A DNA stretch of 64,000 nt from a virus. A program made the translations under genes and the position numbers. Below are positions 57,206 to 64,000 of the stretch, one piece after another. How positions within the stretch are numbered: the stretch's first letter is position 1; every line of letters begins with the position of its first letter. The notes under the pieces were generated by a model. That model was not told where the DNA came from, ran no database searches, and saw nothing but the letters and a program-made list of their open reading frames with translations. The stretch lies in the IMG/VR virus record IMGVR_UViG_3300012001_000010, positions 6,356 through 70,355 of that record, one strand, 5' to 3'.

Positions 57206-57238
57206 AAAAGGCAAAGGTCATAATGAGCTTTGCCTTTT
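57206..57238 (-). repeat. 33-bp palindromic repeat, copy 8 (reverse core)
   Basis: AAAAGGCAAAGGTCATAATGAGCTTTGCCTTTT; flanks shared with copy 5. Confidence 0.95.
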
Positions 57239-57291
57239 GAGGGGCCTTAAATTTAACGGGCGGAAGGAACGCCCGAATCCGGCATGGATGC

Positions 57292-57708
57292 TCAGGTCTT
57301 AAATCTCATCTTGGCCGGTACAGATACTGCCTGCGTCGATGGATATGAGAGATTCTTAAGGATCGCGATCATCTTGACTTGATTCCGGTTCAGCTTCTCA
57401 AGGAGCCGTTCTGTCCTCGCCATGCTCTCCATCTGCTCCCGCCGCCATGAGTCGTGCATCTGAAGAGGCTTGAGGCCGACATGATCCTCTTCGGACTGGA
57501 TCGACCTTCTGCGGTTCTCGCTAGCAACCCAATCCTCGAACCATTTAACCTGAGACATCGCGGTGATCTTACGCCGACGAGACATAGGTAGGGTTCGCAT
57601 TGCGGCTCTAAGGAGCGGCAGTCCCGAAAGTTCGGGCTTGGAACGCTGGATGTCTATCGCTTCCTTGGCGACCAGAGCCTTCTCGGGGTCGGACCAGAAG
57701 ACTTTCAT
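57292..57708 (-). CDS. Hypothetical basic protein (possible DNA binder)
   Basis: 138 aa; WSDPEKALV start. Confidence 0.55.
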   Translation of the reverse strand: MKVFWSDPEKALVAKEAIDIQRSKPELSGLPLLRAAMRTLPMSRRRKITAMSQVKWFEDWVASENRRRSIQSEEDHVGLKPLQMHDSWRREQMESMARTERLLEKLNRNQVKMIAILKNLSYPSTQAVSVPAKMRFKT

Positions 57709-57822
57709 GGATCATCCCTAATTGGATTGAAGCGTGGATAATATCATGCAAGGTTAACCAGCTAATTAAGCCCATGTCAACACCTTAATATAAAATCACA
57801 CCATCCATTGATCTTATGGAAG

Positions 57823-57834
57823 TTGGGTATCTCT
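57823..57834 (+). promoter_or_regulatory. Putative late promoter motif B, copy 4
   Basis: TTGGGTATCTCT upstream of the scaffold gene. Confidence 0.5.
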
Positions 57835-57889
57835 AAGGTAATGGAATGCGTATTCATGCCTTGAGCGACACCCTTTATCCGAGGATCAG

Positions 57890-59101
57890 ATGCGTCGTAA
57901 ACTTAGACTGCCGAATGTCATGTATCGTTTCCTCCTCGACGTGGACGGCGATCCGTTCGGCGGTGCTGGTGGCGGAATCCCTGCCAGCCCGCCCCCGGCC
58001 GCTCCGATTGCCGAGGATATCGCCCCGGTTAATGGCGGTCCCGATCGCGGGTTAGATGAAGGCTTGTCGGGTGTCGGCGACACGTCCGCTCCTAATCAGG
58101 GCGGAAATCAGCCTGCTCCGGTTCGCGCCCAACCAACCGATCCGAACAATCGGGCCGGTTCATTTAACGCCCCAGTCGCTCCGGTCGCCGGTAACGATTG
58201 GCAGTCGATCCGCGATGCGGGGACCGCGATCGGCTATCAGTTCCCGGCGAACATCACCGATGACCGCGCCGCGCTCACACACCTAATCCAACTTGCGCAG
58301 TCGAATCGCAACGCGGATATGTACGCTCAGCTTGGCCGGAAGCTCGCGCCGAACGCGGAAGGTATTCAACAGTATCTCCAGCAAAAGAGCACGCCTGCCG
58401 CGCCGAGTCGTCAGCCATGGGAAGCTCCCGAGTTCGACGAACGATGGGCCGGACTGGTCGAACGTAATGAGGCGACGGGAATCTTTGTGTCGAAGCCCGG
58501 CGTCCCGCATGAGATTGCGAACAAGGTTAACGCCTATGTCGAGTGGAAGTCAGCTTACGATCGCGACCCAGCGAAGATGATTAACGGGATGGTCGAGGCC
58601 CGAGCTAAGACGATCGCCGAATCGACGTTCCGTGAACAGTTCCAGGCACAAGCGCACGAGCAGACGATCAACTCGATCGTCCAGGGTAATGGGACTTGGC
58701 TGTATCAAGTTAACGAGCAGGGCCAGAGGGTCGCCGATTATAACGGCCGTCCAATGCTCTCTCCGCTCGGTGCCCGTTATATGCACCACCTGGAAGGTGC
58801 GAAGAACATGGGGGTTCGCGATCCTCGTCAGCAAGACGCCTTGGCTAAGAATCTCGTCCGTGGCGAGATTGCCCAACAGGCACAACATCAGGCGTGGGCA
58901 GCAAATCAGGTTCCCGCGAATCCGCAAGCGGTGGCGAATCCGAACCGAAACCCGCTCCAGGCGATCCCCGCCGTACAGAGGGCCAACACTCCGGGGGCCA
59001 CTGATCCGTCAGCCACAGGTAAGAGTCTTTCGGAGATGCTCCGTGAGGGGTTTGCCGCCGAAGGCGTCAATGATAGCGATTTCGCGCACAGGAACGACTA
59101 A
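57890..59101 (+). CDS. Putative capsid scaffolding protein
   Basis: Disordered Pro/Gly N-terminus, helical core, SLSEMLRE tail; directly upstream of the MCP. Confidence 0.6.
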   Translation: MRRKLRLPNVMYRFLLDVDGDPFGGAGGGIPASPPPAAPIAEDIAPVNGGPDRGLDEGLSGVGDTSAPNQGGNQPAPVRAQPTDPNNRAGSFNAPVAPVAGNDWQSIRDAGTAIGYQFPANITDDRAALTHLIQLAQSNRNADMYAQLGRKLAPNAEGIQQYLQQKSTPAAPSRQPWEAPEFDERWAGLVERNEATGIFVSKPGVPHEIANKVNAYVEWKSAYDRDPAKMINGMVEARAKTIAESTFREQFQAQAHEQTINSIVQGNGTWLYQVNEQGQRVADYNGRPMLSPLGARYMHHLEGAKNMGVRDPRQQDALAKNLVRGEIAQQAQHQAWAANQVPANPQAVANPNRNPLQAIPAVQRANTPGATDPSATGKSLSEMLREGFAAEGVNDSDFAHRND

Positions 59102-59156
59102 AAATAGCGGGGTCGCGAGGGGAGTATTGGCGTCCTCTTCTCGCGATTACTTTTTC

Positions 59157-59168
59157 TTGGGTAAATCT
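59157..59168 (+). promoter_or_regulatory. Putative late promoter motif B, copy 5
   Basis: TTGGGTAAATCT after a terminator-like hairpin (about 59111-59156) and upstream of the MCP. Confidence 0.5.
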
Positions 59169-59245
59169 TTAATAGAGCGGGGGCGCTTGCCCCAGAATTA
59201 GAAATCGTTCGGGGCATAACTAGCCTCCAACATAGGAGTCTGAAA

Positions 59246-60352
59246 ATGGGCGCTCCCTGGAGTAGAGTGGTCAATTCGACCATTAAGAAGTATATCCGCG
59301 AGAGGGAGATCAATATCTTGCGCAATCGCAAGTTGACCGCCCTCTTGAAGAAGAAAGGCCGGATCAGTTTCAACTGGTCGGGCATCGCGATGGACTGGAA
59401 GGTTAAGTACAAGCGAGTGAGGCTCACGCCTTTCGCTGATGGCGACACCTTGGAGTTCTCGCGAAAAGACAGGAATAAGACGGCCGGACTCGACTGGCGT
59501 GGCTATTCGGCCACCGACAGTATGACGAAGGGCGAATTCCTTCAGAACCGCAACGCCGAGGCTATCGTCAAGTTGTATTCTGACATCAGCAGCGACTTGA
59601 TTGATGATATGGAAGATGCGTTCGGCGAGGAATTCTACGTAAACGGCTACGCGGCCGGTAATTCCAAGCGGCTCCACGGCATCGAATCGTTCATGCAGGC
59701 GACCATTAACGCGGGTAATGGAGCGGCCACCCCGACCGGCCAGTTCGCGGGACTGTCTTGTGTTCCCGGCGCGTTCGGCGGTGTCTGGGATTCTGGCAAT
59801 CTCCCGTCGTGGCCCAACGGTCGCGGCGATGCCCAGTACGATTTCTGGTCGCCAATTATCGTCGATTACGGCGATACCCTCTTCGACCCGACCACTCACA
59901 CTTGGGCGAACAACTGCGTCGAGGCGATCTCGTTCGGGATCATCAAGACGAAGAAGTCGAAGTCGGTCAAGGGTCAACTTGACATGATTATGATTGACGA
60001 TGAAATGTATCGTCAATATGTCGCTCAAATGCGTGTCAAGGAGCGAATTCTTGTCGAGCGATCGGCAGAGAAGTCGCCGCTGATCGCGCTCGGATTCAGC
60101 GACGTTATCAACCAGGACGGAACCGATATCACCTGGGAATACGGCATGCCAGCCGGTGCCGGTTACGGGTTTAATTGTGACATGATGGAGCTTCGGAGCC
60201 AGCAAGCCCAAGTTTTCGTGCCCGAAGGCCCGGATCAAGATATCGCCAGTAAGTCGTGGCGGTTTTCCGTGGATTTCTTTGGTAACGCCGTGTGGAATCC
60301 CAAATTCTTCCTGAAGATGATTAACATTACTAATCCGTCTGACGCGGTGTAA
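59246..60352 (+). CDS. Major capsid protein
   Basis: 368 aa; AGGAG RBS; HK97-like pattern (DMEDAFGEEFYVNG...LHGIES; ALGFSDVINQDG). Confidence 0.8.
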   Translation: MGAPWSRVVNSTIKKYIREREINILRNRKLTALLKKKGRISFNWSGIAMDWKVKYKRVRLTPFADGDTLEFSRKDRNKTAGLDWRGYSATDSMTKGEFLQNRNAEAIVKLYSDISSDLIDDMEDAFGEEFYVNGYAAGNSKRLHGIESFMQATINAGNGAATPTGQFAGLSCVPGAFGGVWDSGNLPSWPNGRGDAQYDFWSPIIVDYGDTLFDPTTHTWANNCVEAISFGIIKTKKSKSVKGQLDMIMIDDEMYRQYVAQMRVKERILVERSAEKSPLIALGFSDVINQDGTDITWEYGMPAGAGYGFNCDMMELRSQQAQVFVPEGPDQDIASKSWRFSVDFFGNAVWNPKFFLKMINITNPSDAV

Positions 60353-60438
60353 TGTTAATGGTAATCTATACGAGGGTGGGACGAACACCCTTTTCCATTT
60401 ACTAACGATCACCATAGGTAAAGAAAGACAGGTCCAAA

Positions 60439-61089
60439 ATGGCTCGCGATGACGCTCCTCCTTTTGCTCGTGGCGAAACCTGGTATAACGGCGGTCCTAT
60501 TGACCCGACCAGTGATGCCACCCTCGGCGGCGTGAATATCGAAGGTAAGGAGTTCATCTTCGAGGCTAACTCGCAAGATAACTTCACGAACAGCTACTCG
60601 AACGCCTCGATGGACCCGTGCGGTCGCCAAATTCACGTCAAGGTTGTCCGTAACGCGAGCGGCGTCAACCTGCTCCCGTCGCGTGTCGCCCATTACCAGG
60701 CGACCGATCACCCGTATGAGACTCGGATCGACGGCTACTGCTACAATCTTGCCGATCGCCCGGCCGGGATCGTCGATGAATTCCTGCCCGCCGCTGGCGT
60801 GGCCCCTAACGACCTCTTCTACGTCGTGGTTAAGGGGCCGTCGCGCGTGACCCAGCCGCACGTCAGCCCAGCGGCCCTCTTGTGCGGAAGCGTGATCGTC
60901 CCGACTAACTTCGGCACTCCCGCGAGTGTCACTGACCCGCTCGGCGGTCGAATCGCCCTTCAAGACTTGACCGGCAGCGGGGCCGTTCTCGGCAACAACC
61001 TCCAGAATCGCATTGGTTACGTCTCGACCCCGAACGCTAGCGTCATCGACGCCAGCCTGAACATGATCGTCCATCTCGGTTGCGTCTAA
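60439..61089 (+). CDS. Capsid decoration/cement-like protein
   Basis: Follows the MCP; VRNASG...LLP, GVAPNDLFYVVVKGP. Confidence 0.6.
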   Translation: MARDDAPPFARGETWYNGGPIDPTSDATLGGVNIEGKEFIFEANSQDNFTNSYSNASMDPCGRQIHVKVVRNASGVNLLPSRVAHYQATDHPYETRIDGYCYNLADRPAGIVDEFLPAAGVAPNDLFYVVVKGPSRVTQPHVSPAALLCGSVIVPTNFGTPASVTDPLGGRIALQDLTGSGAVLGNNLQNRIGYVSTPNASVIDASLNMIVHLGCV

Positions 61090-61122
61090 TACCAATCCTT
61101 CCTAACTGGACAAGGCGAGATT

Positions 61123-61145
61123 AGGAGGCTTCGGCCTCCTTTTTT
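61123..61145 (+). terminator. Rho-independent terminator
   Basis: AGGAGGC-TTCG-GCCTCCT followed by a T run. Confidence 0.85.
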
Positions 61146-61322
61146 CGTTTCAATTCGCAATAAACTGCATAATCGCACTGAGTCTTGATGTATTCTTAAT
61201 AGAACCGTTTCCATCTTATTGACGATTAAAAATCAATATTCCATGATCCTCGTGTCCCGTGGGCGACGATGATGTCGTCTCCGGGGTTCTCTTCGCGATA
61301 CCACAGCCAGGGATCGACACCG

Positions 61323-61601
61323 ATGAGCAAGATCGCCATCAGCGCAACGCCGCGCACGGTCGTCACAACGCACGAGAGGGCCATGAGGGCGACGAATGCC
61401 CGTCATGGCAAGAATCGGACAATGGGACGCGGCCACCCGGCCACTTCCGAGATGGATTACTCGGCCCGCGAGGTCGAATTTATGATGGCAGTCGAGGCGT
61501 TTAAGGTTTCGACCAAACGCCAGTTCCCGACGTGGAGCGAAGTGCTCAGGATCGTCGATTCGCTCGGTTACGCGAGGGATAATACGCGGATTCAGCCCTG
61601 A
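61323..61601 (+). CDS. Small conserved protein resembling a Planctomycetota family
   Basis: DYSAREVEFMMAVEAFK...FPTWSEVLRIVDSLGY. Confidence 0.65.
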   Translation: MSKIAISATPRTVVTTHERAMRATNARHGKNRTMGRGHPATSEMDYSAREVEFMMAVEAFKVSTKRQFPTWSEVLRIVDSLGYARDNTRIQP

Positions 61602-61627
61602 TTCGCGGCGTATTTTGACCGGGAATA

Positions 61628-61669
61628 AAATTGGCCGCTATCAGACGATCATCTGATAGCGGCCAATTT
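61628..61669. terminator. Long hairpin / bidirectional terminator between convergent genes
   Basis: AAATTGGCCGCTATCAGA...TCTGATAGCGGCCAATTT. Confidence 0.7.
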
Positions 61670-61678
61670 GAGTCGAAA

Positions 61679-62605
61679 TCAGGCCGTTTTCGACTTCTTT
61701 TTCGACCACGGGGTAATCACGTCGCTCATGAAGTCCTGCTCGACCTTTAATTCTCCGCCTAGGTCGAACTTCGGCGTCATACAGAGGAAGATTCCGCCCA
61801 TTGGCTTCGGAGGGTGGGCACTCCGGGCGGCGTAGCTGTAATCAAGGACTTCATCGTTCTTGAGTTGGCGATAATTCTGATAGTAGCTCCCGGTCTGGAG
61901 GTTGAGTTGACGGCGCTCGACGTACTTCCCCGCGTCAGACACGTCGGCGATCTGATCGGCCGAGCATACGTAGTTGTGCTTGTGTCCGAAGGTCAAGCAA
62001 TCATAATTCCAGTTGCGGCCCTTGCGGTTGAAATCAATCGTCCCTTTCGTCACCGGGCTGTCGCCACCGGTCCCATGCAGATAGAACAATTTATGCTTCG
62101 GTCGCTTACGGTAGCCCTCGATCTTGAAGCTCGTCTTGATGTAACCCATCACCGAAGCGTGCTCGATCTTGGCACCGTCCCGTATTAGCTCCTCAATGAG
62201 CCGCTGAACGGGATCATTGTACCCGTAGTTGATCCAGGACTCCTCATGGTTGCCAATTCCTATCAAGTCGATGTTCGAGATGAAAGGAAAGAGCAATTCC
62301 TTTGCAAGTTCGACGATCGCTTTGGCCAAATCTTTCTTCCGTTCAACGAGTGGGTGGAGGACGGTAAGATCAAACCGCTTATCCTTGGGGCCGATCGCGT
62401 CAAATACGTCGCCATTAATGAGGACTCGGGCACCGATATCCTTGGCACGCTGAAGATCATGGACGATCTTGTCGTGGTCGGCGCATTGCGACCCGAGATG
62501 GAGGTCGGACATAAGGAGCCGGAAGAACGGCTGGCCGATTACGGCGGGTTCGGTGATATTCGTGATTTTCATCGGATGCTGACTCCTAGTGATGGAGTGA
62601 AACAA
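61679..62605 (-). CDS. Calcineurin-like metallophosphoesterase
   Basis: SDLHLG, NGDVFD, GNHE, HG, GHKH. Confidence 0.88.
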   Translation of the reverse strand: MFHSITRSQHPMKITNITEPAVIGQPFFRLLMSDLHLGSQCADHDKIVHDLQRAKDIGARVLINGDVFDAIGPKDKRFDLTVLHPLVERKKDLAKAIVELAKELLFPFISNIDLIGIGNHEESWINYGYNDPVQRLIEELIRDGAKIEHASVMGYIKTSFKIEGYRKRPKHKLFYLHGTGGDSPVTKGTIDFNRKGRNWNYDCLTFGHKHNYVCSADQIADVSDAGKYVERRQLNLQTGSYYQNYRQLKNDEVLDYSYAARSAHPPKPMGGIFLCMTPKFDLGGELKVEQDFMSDVITPWSKKKSKTA

Positions 62606-62655
62606 AATGGGCCGACCCGGATGGTTGCGGATCGGCCTATTTGCGATGATCGCGA

Positions 62656-63090
62656 TTAGGCGACGGGGAATTCAAACACGGTCTGGACGAAATGCGGTTC
62701 CAGGCTCGGCTTCACGTTCGGGACGTTAAGCGTGAGCGATCCATCAGCCAAGGCAGCGCCGATGTGGATCGACGCCGATGGCGAGCCGGACTTGAAGAAC
62801 CATTCCGGGGTTCGCTCGGCGACGGGAGGGATCGAGGCGACCGGCTGGACGAAAAACGCATAGACGTTAATCGGCAACACGTCAGTCGCGACGAGCGGCG
62901 GCTGGATCACCAGATGGACGTTGCCTCCTGGGGTCGTCGGCATGGTCGCGAAGAGGATTTGACGCCTGCCGATGAACGGCAGGTTGACGCCAGCCTCCGC
63001 GAGCGGGAACGGCTCGATCACATTGTCGAGACACGGACCTAGGACCAGGATCGTTTTAGGCGGCACGATAGGCTCCGTTTCAGTGGACAT
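62656..63090 (-). CDS. Hypothetical Pro-rich protein
   Basis: 144-aa ORF. Confidence 0.55.
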   Translation of the reverse strand: MSTETEPIVPPKTILVLGPCLDNVIEPFPLAEAGVNLPFIGRRQILFATMPTTPGGNVHLVIQPPLVATDVLPINVYAFFVQPVASIPPVAERTPEWFFKSGSPSASIHIGAALADGSLTLNVPNVKPSLEPHFVQTVFEFPVA

Positions 63091-63153
63091 GGCGTAGCTC
63101 GCAATCGGTTCTTAGGCAAGGTTCAAAGTGGAGTGTCGAAGGGCCGCAACCCT

Positions 63154-63570
63154 TTACGGCGACAGCTTGGGGCCTGTTTGGCTCGGGGCCTGCCCGACAG
63201 GCACGGGCGGCACGAAAGGGGCCTGGAACGTCGCGGTGATCGTGTCACCGGCCTGTTTGGCGATCGTGTTGGCGAGTTCAAGGTGAGCTTCGGTCATCTT
63301 GGCTCGGGCGAACAGGACGCCTAGCTCGTGACTCGTGTAGGTGGCGATGTCGCGGATCGCGGGAATCGCGTCAGCGCCCGCCTTGGCCCAATTCCCGGTC
63401 GAAGCGTCGATCGCGACGACACCGGCGTCCTTAAGGATCGCCACCGGCCCGACCGTGGGCGTGAACGTCGTCGATCGGGCCGGGAGCTTAACGTATCCCT
63501 TCCACCAAAGGGACGCGATCACGATCAGGGTAATGATGATCCAAGGCATGAGGTTACTCGTATTCGTCAC
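63154..63570 (-). CDS. Membrane-anchored hypothetical protein
   Basis: N-terminal TM WIIITLIVIASLWW. Confidence 0.55.
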   Translation of the reverse strand: MTNTSNLMPWIIITLIVIASLWWKGYVKLPARSTTFTPTVGPVAILKDAGVVAIDASTGNWAKAGADAIPAIRDIATYTSHELGVLFARAKMTEAHLELANTIAKQAGDTITATFQAPFVPPVPVGQAPSQTGPKLSP

Positions 63571-63574
63571 GGGA

Positions 63575-64000
63575 TTAGCCGACCTTTCTGGGGAGTTGAG
63601 TCAAAATGAAACCGAAGACAATCAGGCCGACGACGATCGGAAGGTGTTCGTGGGTGAATCCGAGCGGGCAACCGCTCTTGATTCCGGTCGCCGGGCCGGG
63701 GGTCAAATTGGGCTTGTAGTCGGGGTTCGCCTTACGGAGTTCCTCGGCCAATTTCTCAGGCCCCATTTCATAGTTGGCGGCGCGATAAATTTCCTTGCCG
63801 CCCTTGGGGTCGCCCTTGTGTTTACCGAGTTGGACGATAATCGAGGGTGATCCGTCCTGGAATCCGAGCGACTTATCGACCGGCCACTCATTAGGCAGAT
63901 AACCTTGGACCTGGATATCGTCGCGGAGACCGGCGAACGCCGCGTGGTTCGCGAGATCATTAATGACGGGCGCTCGGGCGTCGTCAGAGCCGATCACGGT
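63575..64000 (-). CDS. Partial protein with C-terminal TM helix (5' end outside the window)
   Basis: LRKANPDYKP; C-terminal LPIVVGLIVFGFIL. Confidence 0.55.
   Translation of the reverse strand, partial: TVIGSDDARAPVINDLANHAAFAGLRDDIQVQGYLPNEWPVDKSLGFQDGSPSIIVQLGKHKGDPKGGKEIYRAANYEMGPEKLAEELRKANPDYKPNLTPGPATGIKSGCPLGFTHEHLPIVVGLIVFGFILTQLPRKVG

Noticed and set aside
898-57238. 33-bp palindrome as a CRISPR repeat
   Set aside because: Copies are hundreds of bp to 21 kb apart, in both orientations, with no spacer-sized periodicity and no cas genes
63154-64000. Holin/endolysin cassette
   Set aside because: TM segments are present but no lysin catalytic motif is visible, and the upstream gene is cut by the window edge

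Overview
The whole window reads as part of a temperate tailed-phage genome, probably podovirus-like and probably infecting a Planctomycetota host (the host call is an inference). Layout: (1) 0.1-10 kb, minus strand, replication/recombination genes (dATP/dGTP diphosphohydrolase, sigma factor, RusA, MazG-like, SF2 helicase, ParB-like, prim-pol, NUMOD4-HNH, Rad52/Sak); (2) 10.5-37.4 kb, plus strand, packaging/tail/ejection genes; (3) 37.7-39.7 kb, xis-like gene, tyrosine integrase and an apparently intact attP; (4) 39.7-55.6 kb, minus strand, accessory/early genes (SNF2-like helicase, DNA methyltransferase, serine recombinase, second sigma factor, many small ORFs); (5) 55.6-57.3 kb, non-coding and highly structured; (6) 57.9-61.6 kb, scaffold/major capsid module, then a short minus-strand block. 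Most notable signals: an intein in the terminase whose linker is overprinted, in another reading frame, by a complete HNH homing-endonuclease gene with its own RBS; four type II hammerhead ribozymes separating consecutive early genes, one with a cis antisense copy inside the upstream ORF; eight intergenic copies of a 33-bp near-perfect palindrome in both orientations with shuffled flanks; an ~800-nt candidate structured ncRNA; two candidate phage promoter motifs alongside two phage sigma factors; and an ADP-ribosyltransferase/zincin protein sharing its N-terminal domain with the adjacent large virion protein. All protein assignments come from motif recognition by eye, not database searches.
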